Under the pieces are notes generated by a model. That model ran no database searches. It was not told the DNA's origin and saw only the letters and a list, made by a program, of their open reading frames with translations. A stretch of DNA of 64,000 bases from Pseudomonadota bacterium (GTDB lineage Bacteria; Pseudomonadota; Gammaproteobacteria; Burkholderiales; Gallionellaceae). This document shows positions 54,637 to 64,000 of the stretch, one piece after another (position 1 is the first letter of the stretch; each line of letters opens with the position of its first letter). The stretch is from assembly GCA_040757065.1 (NCBI GenBank), contig JBFLXR010000014.1, positions 1,432 to 65,431 of the forward strand, in the 5' to 3' direction. Made by a program: the position numbers and the translations under genes.

Positions 54637-57074
54637 ATGAATAGGTTCCGAGAAGTTCCTAAAAATTTTCGAGCTTTCTGGGTGTTTGTGTCGCTGTTCA
54701 GCATCGTTGTCTGGATGCTATGGGGAGCGGGCGACGAACACTTCGAGCATTTGCATCTCGGACTGGATGCCGGAAACGGTATTCTGGCCTTTCTTTTGGC
54801 CCTATTTTTGTGGGCTAATCTGCAAGACGACGAGCGCGAAATGCGCCGTTATATCTCCATCAGTTTTGCCTTTACCGCTGCTGCCGACTTGCTGCATGCC
54901 TTGATCGGCATCGAATGGACGGGCTGGTTCGTCTGGATGGGCAGCTATTCCAGTGCGCTGCACTCGATGACCTGGATGCCGGCAACCTACATTCTTCCTG
55001 TTGCGATGGGCTGGATGCTCTGGCTGCTGTTGCACCGAGCCGGGCTGTCGGCGTGGCGCTTTGCAACCATCGTCGGGGTCAGCGCCCTCGCACTGTTATT
55101 GCTGGCCCTGAGTTATCCGCCTTACGAAGCTTTCTATTTCGGCATACAACGGCCCATGCAGTTGCCCTTGATCTTGCTGTGGGCGTTCGTGATTTTCGCT
55201 TATTGGCGACACCGCGCCAGCCACCCGCTGTTTCAGGGTTTGGCGCTGATGGGTGTGTTGTTCCTGTTGTCCGATTTGCCGGTGTTGTACTCGCTGGATC
55301 CGCACGACCGTTTTTCCATGATGGGGCATGTAGGCAAAATGTTTTCGCTGACCATGCTGCATGTGATTCTGATGCATACCGCTGCGGAAGACGCGCATGC
55401 GCGCAGCGAGGCGGAAACCCAGTTGAGCATGGAGAAAGAGCGTTTGCGCGTGATGCTCGATTCAATTGCCGACGGCGTGATCGCTACCGATACGCGGGGA
55501 ACGATCACCTATATGAATCCGACCGCAGCCGAGATGACCGGATGGAAGCCGGGGGAAGCGCGAGGTAAGCCCTTGGGTGAAGTGTTTCAAATAATTAACG
55601 AACATACCCGTCAGTTGGTTCCCAGTCCGTTGGAAAAAGCGCTGTGCAGCGGCGGCGGAATGCGCATCGGGCGCGTTGAGCATATTGCGCTCTTACGGCG
55701 CGACGGCACGGAGTTTTCGATTCAGGACTCGGCGGCACCGCTACATAACCGCAGCGGTAAATTGCTGGGGATGGTTTTAGTATTTCAGGATGTCAGCTTT
55801 GCGCGTAAAGCCGTGCAGCAACTAAACCATCAAGCAACGCACGATGCGTTGACCGGTTTGCTCAATCGTAGCGAGTTCGAACGTCATGTCGATGCGGCAC
55901 TGACGGCTGAGGGGCGTTTCCATACGGTATTATTTCTTGACCTCGATCGATTCAAGCTGGTTAACGATACTTGCGGGCATATTGCGGGAGACGAGTTGTT
56001 GCGTCGCGTGACTTTGCTGTTGCAGACTGCTTTGCGCGAGGGCGATATTCTGGCGCGATTGGGCGGCGATGAGTTTGCGGTGTTGCTGGAAGGTTGTCCA
56101 ATCGGACGCGGAGAAGAAATTGCCGGGAAGTTGCGTATGCTGCTGAGCGAGTTCCGCTTCCAATGGGACAGTAAGTCGTTCAATGTAGCGGCCAGCATCG
56201 GGCTGGTCTGTTTCAGCGATAACAATCATTCTGCTGCGGATATTATGAAAGCGGCTGATACGGCCTGCTATATCGCCAAGGATATGGGGCGCAATCGCGT
56301 ACACGTGTACAGCGACGAAGACAGCGACACCGTACTGCGGCGCGGCGAAATGGAGTGGGTGGGGCGCATCATCAGGCATTGTCGGAAAACCGTTTCTGCC
56401 TCCATCGCCAGCGGATCGCTCCGGTGAGCGGGCTGGAAGACGACTGTGCGCATTACGAGATTTTGGTGCGGATGCTTGATGAGCAGGGCGGGCTGATTAT
56501 GCCGATGGCATTTATTCCTGCGGCAGAGCGTTATGGCCTGATGCCACAGATCGACCGCTGGGTAGTGCGCGAAGCCTTTAAACTGCATGTGCGCGACAGT
56601 CACCGCGATGTCTGGTCGATCAATCTTTCCGGCGCTTCCCTGAACGATGATGAGTTTCTCGGTTTCCTGAAAATGCAGTTCGCTGAATCAGGCGTTGCGC
56701 CTGAGTCGGTTTGCTTCGAAATCACCGAAACTGCCGCCGTGTCGAACCTGACCAAGGCTGGGCATTTTATCCGCGAACTGCGTGCGCTGGGTTGCAGTTT
56801 CTCGTTGGACGATTTCGGCAGCGGCATGTCGTCCTTCGGTTATCTCAAATACTTGCCGGTGGATTATCTTAAGATCGATGGCAGTTTTGTGAAGGATATG
56901 GTCTCCGACGCCATCGACTGCGCGATGGTGGAGGCTGTCAACAAGATCGGCCACCTGATGGGGCTGCAAACCATTGCCGAATTTGTTGGCAACGAAGAAA
57001 CCCGTCTGATGCTGGCCGATATCGGTGTCAATCATGCGCAAGGTTTCGGTATCGGCAAGCCGGAGCCATTCTGA
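54637..57074 (+). pseudogene. Membrane sensor-PAS-GGDEF-EAL c-di-GMP turnover gene interrupted by a 1-nt frame break near 56367-56372 (tracked as ORFs 54637..56427 and 56355..57074)
   Basis: The first ORF has about 8 TM helices, PAS (LDSIADGVIATDTRGTITYMNP), and GGDEF (RLGGDEFAVLL). The second has an EAL domain (QIDRWVVREAF, CFEITETAAV, SLDDFGSGMSSFGYL, KIDGSFV). The usual linker ...EMEWVGRI/HQALSENRFCLHRQRIAPV is split between the two frames. Confidence 0.8.
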
Positions 57075-57144
57075 ACTTCCGCTTTTTGAACGGTAGCAGC
57101 CGGTGTACTATCCAGCTGAGCCTCGATTCAATCCGGGAGATGCA

Positions 57145-59625
57145 ATGAACCGTTTCGTTGTGCGACAGGCCGCCGTACTCGGCGCGGGCGTGATGGGCGC
57201 GCAGATTGCCGCGCATCTGGTCAATGCCGACGTGCCGACTTTGCTGTTCGAACTGCCGCCTGCCGAGGGAGATGCGAATGCCAACGTAGTCAAGGCTATC
57301 GAGGGCTTGGCAACGCTCGATCCCGCGCCGCTTTCTACTCTCAACAAGCTTACTTGTATCCGTGCAGCCAATTACGCACAGCACTTGGAATTGCTGAAAG
57401 GCTGCGATCTGGTGATCGAAGCGATTGCCGAGCGGACGGACTGGAAAGCCGATCTTTATCGCAGAATAGCGCCGCATCTGGGCGAGTATACCGTTCTGGT
57501 CAGTAATACCTCCGGATTATCGATTCAATCATTGAGCGAGGCGTTGCCTGAATCGGTTCAATCCCGTTTCTGCGGCATGCATTTCTTCAATCCGCCGCGT
57601 TATATGCATTTGGTCGAATTGATCCCTTGTGCAAAGACTGCCCCCGGTTTGTTGGATCAGCTGGAAGCTTTCTTGGTGTCTACGCTAGGGAAGGGCGTGG
57701 TGCGGGCGAAAGATACGCCCAACTTCATTGCTAACCGGATCGGCGTTTTTTCTACGCTGACGACCAAACACCATGCTCAGGCTTATGGTCTGGCGTTCGA
57801 TACCGTGGATGCGCTGACCGGCCGCTATTTGGGACGGCCCAAGAGTGCCACTTTCCGCACGTTGGATGTGGTCGGACTGGATGTGTTCGCGCATGTGGTG
57901 AATACCATGCGTGAAAATCTCTCTGACGATCCTTGGCGACAACATTATGAATTGCCGGAGTGGTTCGGCAAATTGGTAGCGCAAGGGGCGCTGGGGCAAA
58001 AGACCAAGCGCGGCATCTATCAGAAAATCGGTGGCGAAATCCATGTGCTCGATTTGCAGAGCCAAACCTATCGTCTTTCCGACGGCAAGGCCGACGAAGG
58101 CGTGAAAGACATCCTGCGTCAGCGCGATTGGGCGAATAAACTCGCGGCTTTGCATGGCAGCCCGCACCCGCAGGCGCAATTCTTGTGGAGCGTGTTCCGC
58201 GACGTGTTCCATTATTGCGCCTTGCATCTAGAGCAGATCGCCGACAGCGCCCGCGAGGTGGATTTCGCTGTACGTTGGGGCTTCGGCTGGGAGCAGGGCC
58301 CCTTTGAAATCTGGCAGGCGGCGGGCTGGCAACAAGTCTCACACTGGATAGAAGAGGATATTCGTGCCGGCAAGGCGATGGCGAATGTGCCGCTGCCCCC
58401 TTGGGTGACAGAGCCGATGCGGCGCGGAGTACATGAGGCTGCAGGTTCCTTTTCGCCGGTCAGCGGAGTGCTCAAGGCGCGTCCAGTGCTACCGGTTTAT
58501 GCGCGGCAATTATTTCCGGAACGTTTACTGGGCGAGGTTGAGCCATACAGCGAGACCGTGTTCGAAACCGATGCCGTGCGGGTGTGGCATACCGGAGATG
58601 ACATCGCTGTGCTGAGCTTTAAAACCAAATTGCATACCATAGGCAATGACGTGCTGGACGACGTGTTGCGTGCAGTCGATACGGCGGAAGCGCATTTCGC
58701 GGCTTTGCTAATTTGGCAGACCGAGCCGCCGTTCTCCGTCGGGGCGAATTTGCTGCAACTGATGCAAGGCGTACAAGAAAGCCCAGAAGAATCTCAGGGC
58801 GTATTCGATAAGTTGAAAGGCGCGGCACAGCGTGTCAAATACACTGTTGCGGGGGGCGGCGGGCTGGGCGAAATCTTGAACGCTGCGACTGGGAATGTGT
58901 TGCGTGTGGAAGAGGTAGTTGCCAAGTTCCAGCGTACCACCCAAAGGTTGAAATACGCCCGCGTGCCGACCATCGCTGTAATAGACGGGCTGGCGCTTGG
59001 CGGCGGTTGTGAATTTGCCTTGCATTGCAGTCGCATAGTCGCTTCGCTGGAAAGCTATATCGGTTTGGTCGAAGTCGGCGTCGGTCTGTTGCCGGCCGGC
59101 GGTGGTTGCAAAGAGATGGCATTGCGTGCCGCGCAGGAAGCGCAAGGCGGCGAGTTGTTTCCCATTCTGCGACGCGCCTTCCAGAATATCGCCTTGGGTA
59201 CGGTGGCTAAAAGCGCTGAACTGGGGCGTGAAATGGGGTATTTGCGGCACGGCGACCGCATTGTGATGAACCGTTTCGAGTTGCTGCATGTCGCTAAGCA
59301 GGAAGTACGGTCACTGACTGCCACCGATTACCGTCCGCCATTGCCGCCCCCGTCGTTTGCTGTGGCGGGTCGGGCAGGTATCGCCAATTTCAAAGCAGCG
59401 ATGGTGAATATGCTGGAAGGCGGCTTTATTTCCGAGCACGATTTCGCTGTGGGCAGCCGTGTGGCCGAGGTAATTTGCGGCGGAGAGGTAGAAGCCGGCA
59501 GTCTGGTAGACGAGCAATGGCTGCTGGACTTGGAGCGTCGTCATTTTATGGCTTTGCTTGCCACTGAAAAAACGCAGGCACGCATCGAGCACATGCTGAA
59601 AACCGGCAAGCCGTTGAGGAATTAA
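57145..59625 (+). CDS. Multifunctional fatty-acid oxidation protein: N-terminal 3-hydroxyacyl-CoA dehydrogenase, C-terminal enoyl-CoA hydratase/isomerase
   Basis: ATG 57145 (M15 of ORF 57103..59625) after GGGAGA. AAVLGAGVMGAQIAAH Rossmann motif, TSGLSI, HFFNPPRYM, crotonase-like VIDGLALGGGCEFALHC. Confidence 0.9.
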   Translation: MNRFVVRQAAVLGAGVMGAQIAAHLVNADVPTLLFELPPAEGDANANVVKAIEGLATLDPAPLSTLNKLTCIRAANYAQHLELLKGCDLVIEAIAERTDWKADLYRRIAPHLGEYTVLVSNTSGLSIQSLSEALPESVQSRFCGMHFFNPPRYMHLVELIPCAKTAPGLLDQLEAFLVSTLGKGVVRAKDTPNFIANRIGVFSTLTTKHHAQAYGLAFDTVDALTGRYLGRPKSATFRTLDVVGLDVFAHVVNTMRENLSDDPWRQHYELPEWFGKLVAQGALGQKTKRGIYQKIGGEIHVLDLQSQTYRLSDGKADEGVKDILRQRDWANKLAALHGSPHPQAQFLWSVFRDVFHYCALHLEQIADSAREVDFAVRWGFGWEQGPFEIWQAAGWQQVSHWIEEDIRAGKAMANVPLPPWVTEPMRRGVHEAAGSFSPVSGVLKARPVLPVYARQLFPERLLGEVEPYSETVFETDAVRVWHTGDDIAVLSFKTKLHTIGNDVLDDVLRAVDTAEAHFAALLIWQTEPPFSVGANLLQLMQGVQESPEESQGVFDKLKGAAQRVKYTVAGGGGLGEILNAATGNVLRVEEVVAKFQRTTQRLKYARVPTIAVIDGLALGGGCEFALHCSRIVASLESYIGLVEVGVGLLPAGGGCKEMALRAAQEAQGGELFPILRRAFQNIALGTVAKSAELGREMGYLRHGDRIVMNRFELLHVAKQEVRSLTATDYRPPLPPPSFAVAGRAGIANFKAAMVNMLEGGFISEHDFAVGSRVAEVICGGEVEAGSLVDEQWLLDLERRHFMALLATEKTQARIEHMLKTGKPLRN

Positions 59626-59627
59626 CG

Positions 59628-60830
59628 ATGATGCAAAAACAGCTGCAAGAAGCCTACATCGTCGCAGCCACGCGTACTCCGGTCGGTAAAGCGCCGCGGG
59701 GCATGTTTCGCCAGACTCGCCCGGACGATTTGCTGGCGCACGTGTTACGCAGCGTGCTGGCGCAATGTCCCGGCCTCGATCCCGCCGAGATCGGCGATGT
59801 AATAGTCGGTTGCGCCATGCCGGAGGCTGAACAGGGATTGAATGTGGCACGCGTGACCGCCTTGCTGGCCGGGTTGCCGAAGAGCGTACCGGGCATGACG
59901 GTCAACCGTTTTTGTGCCTCCGGTTTGCAAGCTGTGGCGATGGCGGCTGACCGCATCCGGCTCGGGGAAACCGACGTAATGCTGGCAGGCGGTGTGGAAA
60001 GCATGAGCCTGATTCCGATGGCAGGGAATAAGCCGGCCTATAATCCGGTGCTGTTCGAGGGGGATGCTCACCGCGCGATCGCCTATGGCATGGGCATTAC
60101 CGCCGAGAAAGTCGCGCAACGCTGGAAAGTGGGGCGCGAAGCACAAGATGCTTTCGCGTTGCAAAGTCATACCCGTGCGCTGCGTGCGCAGGCCGAGGGT
60201 GCATTCGGCGATGAAATCAGCCCCTATACTATCCAGACCCAACAGCCCGATCTGACCGCCCGCAGCATACAAATAAGTGCGCACGCAGCAGAGCAGGACG
60301 AAGGCCCGCGTGCCGATACTTCGCTGGAAGCGCTGGCAAAACTCAAGCCGGTGTTCGCACTGGGCGGCAGCGTCACGGCGGGTAACAGCTCGCAAATGTC
60401 GGACGGCGCGGCCGCGGTATTATTGTGCAGCGAAACCGCGCTGAAACGGTACAATCTCACCCCCATCGGCAAGTTCATCGGTTACGCTATCGCGGGTGTG
60501 CCGCCGGAGATCATGGGCATCGGCCCGGTCGAGGCGATTCCGCGCGCCTTGCAACAAACCGGCCTGCGGCTGGAGGATATGGGTTGGATCGAGCTGAATG
60601 AGGCTTTCGCCGCGCAAACTTTGGCGGTGATGCAAGAAATGCGGCTCGACCCCGAGCGGGTTAATCCGCTGGGCGGCGCGATTGCGCTGGGACATCCGCT
60701 CGGCGCGACCGGCGCAATCCGTACCGCAACCTTGCTGCATGGGTTGCGCCGCAGCAAGTTGAAATATGGAATGGTGACCATGTGTATTGGTACCGGCATG
60801 GGCGCAGCGGGTATTTTTGAAGCGTTATAG
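59628..60830 (+). CDS. Acetyl-CoA C-acyltransferase (3-ketoacyl-CoA thiolase, FadA-like)
   Basis: 400 aa. VNRFCASGLQAV active-site Cys, NEAFAAQ, GGAIALGHPLGATG, CIGTGMG. Confidence 0.94.
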   Translation: MMQKQLQEAYIVAATRTPVGKAPRGMFRQTRPDDLLAHVLRSVLAQCPGLDPAEIGDVIVGCAMPEAEQGLNVARVTALLAGLPKSVPGMTVNRFCASGLQAVAMAADRIRLGETDVMLAGGVESMSLIPMAGNKPAYNPVLFEGDAHRAIAYGMGITAEKVAQRWKVGREAQDAFALQSHTRALRAQAEGAFGDEISPYTIQTQQPDLTARSIQISAHAAEQDEGPRADTSLEALAKLKPVFALGGSVTAGNSSQMSDGAAAVLLCSETALKRYNLTPIGKFIGYAIAGVPPEIMGIGPVEAIPRALQQTGLRLEDMGWIELNEAFAAQTLAVMQEMRLDPERVNPLGGAIALGHPLGATGAIRTATLLHGLRRSKLKYGMVTMCIGTGMGAAGIFEAL

Positions 60831-60844
60831 GAATTGAAAGCAAG

Positions 60845-61411
60845 ATGAAAAAACTGGTTTTAGGTTGTTTGTTGTGCGTCATGAGTTTCTCTGCGGCTGC
60901 GCTCGAAATGGCAGGCGCCAAGCTGGAAGACAAAGTGCAGGTCGGCAATGCGCCGCTGGTGCTGAGCGGGGCAGGCCTGCGCCAGCGCTTCATTATCAAA
61001 GTGTATGTGGCCGGACTGTACCTCGGCGAGAAAAAACACGGTGCGGAAGCCGTGCTGTCTGATACCGGCGCCAAGCGCCTTGCGCTGCATATCCGCACCG
61101 GCAGCGTTTCGCCCGACCATTTCTTGGGAGGCATCCGCAAAGGCATTGAAAAGAACGAAAGCGAACAAACCGTTGCTACGCTGCGCGAGCGCATGAACGC
61201 CTTCGATAAGCTGTTCGAACCGGTTAAAACCGTCAGCGAAGGCGACGTGATGCGTTTTGACTGGCAGCCGGGCAGCGGCACCCATGTCAGCGTAAACAAT
61301 AAAGAAATCGGCATCATTCCCGGCGAAGATTTCTACCGTGCTTTGCTCAAAGTGTGGATCGGCGACAAGCCGGTGGACGAAGATCTGAAGAAAGGCCTGC
61401 TGGGTGGCTGA
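60845..61411 (+). CDS. Secreted chalcone-isomerase-like (CHI fold) family protein
   Basis: 188 aa. Signal peptide MKKLVLGCLLCVMSFSAAA, LVLSGAGLRQRFIIKVYVAGLYLGEK, ALLKVWIGDKPVDEDLKKGLLG, typical of bacterial CHI-like proteins. Confidence 0.75.
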   Translation: MKKLVLGCLLCVMSFSAAALEMAGAKLEDKVQVGNAPLVLSGAGLRQRFIIKVYVAGLYLGEKKHGAEAVLSDTGAKRLALHIRTGSVSPDHFLGGIRKGIEKNESEQTVATLRERMNAFDKLFEPVKTVSEGDVMRFDWQPGSGTHVSVNNKEIGIIPGEDFYRALLKVWIGDKPVDEDLKKGLLGG

Positions 61412-62645
61412 TGCTGCACGGCTGAATGCCGACCCGAACGCCTGCCGCATTGACCGTGCCGCCCTGCAGGCGGCCTGCGCGCGACAGGGGGCGGATTTCG
61501 CCGCCTTGATTGAAGCCCGCCCGCATTTGTTTGCCGAATCGCCGTTGTTTGTGACTTCAGCTCATCTGGAGCAAATGCAAGCCGTGATCGCGGCAGTGGA
61601 GGCGGTAGTCGCCTTGCCCGGCTGGCGCGAGCTTGCTTTGCAGGATGCACCCGCCATTGCCCGCCATGCACCCCGTAACCCCGGCGTATTTTTCGGTTAC
61701 GATTTTCATCTGAACGCGCAAGGTGCGCACCTCATCGAAATCAACACCAACGCGGGCGGCGGGTTTCTCAATGCCTTGCTGATTGCCAGCCAGCAGAGCG
61801 TTGCTACCCCCGGCCAGCGCATCGGTGCGGCAGAGCCGGAAACCGTATTTCTGGAAATGTTCCGCACGGAATGGCGCTTGCAGCGCGGCGACGCGCCGCT
61901 GCGCATCGTCGCCATCGTGGACGAAAATCCGCGTGAACAATACCTCTACCCGGAATTTCTGCTTTGCCAGCGTATGTTCGAGCGTGCAGGCATTACTGCC
62001 CTGATTGCGGACCCCGCCGAACTGTACGCCCAGCCGGACGGCCTGTATTGCGGTGCGCAGAAAATCGACCTGATTTACAACCGCCTCACCGACTTTTCGC
62101 TGGTGCAGTATCCAGCACTGGCCCAAGCCTATCTGGCCGACCGTGTGGTGCTTACTCCGCACCCCTATGCCTATGCCCTGTATGCCAATAAACGCAATCT
62201 CGCCCGGCTGACCGACCCGCAAAGCCTGCGCGCCCTCGGCGTGCCGGAAGAAACGATTGCGGTATTGCGGGCGGGTATTCCCGAAACGCGCATCGTGCGC
62301 GCCGAAGACGCCGAAACATGGTGGGCGGAACGCAAGCAATGGTTCTTCAAGCCCAACAGCGGCTACGGCAGCAAAGGCGCTTACCGGGGCGATAAACTCA
62401 CCAAGCGCGTGTTCGAAGAGGTGATGCAATCCGGTTACGTCGCCCAGCGGCTGGCTGCGCCGGGCGAACGCAGCGTCAACGTCTCAGGCGAGACCGCAGC
62501 CCTTAAATTCGACCTGCGCTGCTACACCTACGCAGGCCGCCTTCAACTCGCTGCTGCGCGGCTCTACCAAGGCCAGACCACCAACTTCCGCACGCCGGGG
62601 GGCGGGTTTTGTATTGTTAGCCGCTTAGACTTTAGTCTGTGCTAG
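61404..62645 (+). CDS. ATP-grasp-like hypothetical protein; the native C-terminus is probably replaced at the island junction
   Basis: 413 aa, GTG start overlapping the previous stop. FFGYDFHLNAQGAHLIEINTNAGGG, WFFKPNSGYGSKGAYRG, VAQRL..., DLRCYTYAGRLQLAAARLYQGQTTNFRTPGGGF resemble ATP-grasp motifs. The last ~12 codons lie in low-GC DNA. Confidence 0.6.
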   Translation: MADAARLNADPNACRIDRAALQAACARQGADFAALIEARPHLFAESPLFVTSAHLEQMQAVIAAVEAVVALPGWRELALQDAPAIARHAPRNPGVFFGYDFHLNAQGAHLIEINTNAGGGFLNALLIASQQSVATPGQRIGAAEPETVFLEMFRTEWRLQRGDAPLRIVAIVDENPREQYLYPEFLLCQRMFERAGITALIADPAELYAQPDGLYCGAQKIDLIYNRLTDFSLVQYPALAQAYLADRVVLTPHPYAYALYANKRNLARLTDPQSLRALGVPEETIAVLRAGIPETRIVRAEDAETWWAERKQWFFKPNSGYGSKGAYRGDKLTKRVFEEVMQSGYVAQRLAAPGERSVNVSGETAALKFDLRCYTYAGRLQLAAARLYQGQTTNFRTPGGGFCIVSRLDFSLC

Positions 62646-64000
62646 GCTTTAATTGCGAGAAAATATCGCTCATGTTATCTGGTTGCAAAGCCCATCTATA
62701 TGCTGGGTGAATTTCCCAGTCGAAGCCAAAGTCTACAAATTTATGTGAGAGATATCGACTTTCTTCGAAGTACCGTCTTTCAATAAAATTTCCAATCTCT
62801 TTTCTAGCAGTTAAAAAATTTATTTTATACATAAAAGCTGCAATATCTTTTGTGTCGGCAACTTTCCCGTTAGCAAATTTAAATTGCCCAGTTTCTTGGA
62901 TATTTCTAATTTTTTTAGCAATGCTTCTGTGTTGTAAACGTAACCAAGCTTTGCTCTTTTTTCTTCTTTTGATGGTTTCATGCCAAACAATAAGCGTTCG
63001 ATATCGGGTAGTTCGGATCGGTATTCATTTATTGTGTCTTGAAGCCTTCCTTGAGAATATTCCTCAAAAATGCTTTCAAAGCTTTTTGTGCCAATTTTTT
63101 CTTCTTTATTTGTTCGGGCGCTTCTTGCGGCTAAAGTACACAATTTGACGAGGTCTCTTGGCCTTTTTCGAATTAATGACATGAGCATTTTGTAAGTTGG
63201 GATTCTCTCCCAATGACCACGACCATTGAATTCTGTGGCAAGGATATCATTTAAATGTGCAGCTAATGCAGTCTGTGGCAGTTTTGTTAATTCCTCTGTG
63301 GATGAATTCCTGTTAAAAAATTGATCAACTCGTTTGACTAGTAAGGCGAGAATTTCATGGTTAGACCATGAATACCAAATTACTGAGCCTTCAATTTTGT
63401 CAGTTGATTCATCTGATGTTCTTGCTAAATAATATACATCCGAGCGTAAGCTCACTCTGAAGGATATCCCTTTATTTTCTGCTGAAATATCTCTGACCGC
63501 ATTTAGGAGGGCAGAAATCTTTTTGATATCATTTGGCTTGCCTTGCCAGCCACGATCTAGATCGTCTAAATAAACGTAAACTCTCCCTGATTTGAGAAAT
63601 TGTTCGATTATTATTTTTTTTGATTCTTGCAAGCTTGCATAATTACTTGCTCGGAATGTGGATTGAAGGAAGTCAACAAGTCTTCCGCCATACTCATTAA
63701 CTTTTGATCTAATGCCATCATAGGGTAGGCCAAATGACGTAAGAGCCTTTCTAGAAATAATCTCTAAAATTCCAGATTTCCATTCACGGATAAGTTTTAA
63801 TATATCAGTTTCGCTATCGCCTATTCCAACGATGTCGTCTGGTTTGATTAGAACTGATAGCTTACCTTGTTGCTTTTCTTCTTCCATTGCAACGTGGAAA
63901 GGGCTGATTTCCCAATTCCTTTATGACCAACTAAGATTCTAAGTGGTAGATCATTTGCTACTTGCTCAAAGGCATTGCCTTTAAGGTAGTAACCTTTCAA
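62632..64000 (-). pseudogene. P-loop NTPase (KAP/STAND-like Walker A GHKGIGKS, Walker B VYVYLDDLDRGW) on a low-GC island. It is read in three frames (edge..63848, 63887..62820, 62832..62632), and the 5' end lies beyond the right edge.
   Basis: My translation of 64000-63848 (minus) gives LKGYYLKGNAFEQVANDLPLRILVGHKGIGKSALSTLQWKKKSNKVSYQF*. The 355-aa ORF continues in another frame, and the 66-aa ORF in a third. The frame switches coincide with a T3 (sense) run at 63898-63900 and an A7 (sense) run at 62910-62916. Confidence 0.65.

Overview
The window looks like a beta/gamma-proteobacterial chromosome segment, most like a betaproteobacterium. That guess rests only on gene order, a DUF4845 gene between lepB and rnc, and roughly 55-63% G+C on hand-counted lines. 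No rRNA, tRNA, CRISPR array, transposase or integrase is visible.

About 60 genes can be supported.
- **Conserved housekeeping backbone, mostly on the + strand:**
  - fumarate hydratase, ffs (SRP RNA, missed by the ORF track), dnaX-ybaB-recR, rluB
  - nadB divergent from rpoE-rseA-rseB-rseC-degP/mucD-lepA-lepB-DUF4845-rnc-era-recO-pdxJ-acpS
  - nagZ, zipA-ligA, galU, hpt, MTA/MTI phosphorylase, def
  - later acnA, hslO, radA, greB, and a beta-oxidation cluster
- **Accessory or signalling genes interspersed:**
  - a cyclase-PEGA protein with a tail-anchored Hanks kinase
  - a K+ channel and a PAS-containing chemoreceptor (MCP)
  - a phosphoribosyltransferase / PAS-GAF-HD-GYP / dienelactone-hydrolase group
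  - a complete AmmeMemoRadiSam triad (MEMO, AMMECR1, radical SAM) preceded by an ankyrin-repeat protein and a YoaA/DinG helicase
  - a class-3 lipase, and an ABC1 kinase

Points most worth a second look:
1. The AmmeMemoRadiSam cluster has no known function. Its radical SAM gene carries an in-frame TAG followed by 38 codons that look like a conserved tail, and a 28-aa hydrophobic micro-ORF lies just downstream.
2. A sharp drop in G+C begins near 62.6 kb. It cuts into the 3' end of an ATP-grasp-like gene and starts an island whose first gene is a P-loop NTPase broken at two homopolymer tracts.
3. A PAS-GGDEF-EAL gene is split by a 1-nt frame break.

These four reading-frame disruptions could equally be assembly errors. 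All calls come from reading translations and remembered family motifs; no database search was run.
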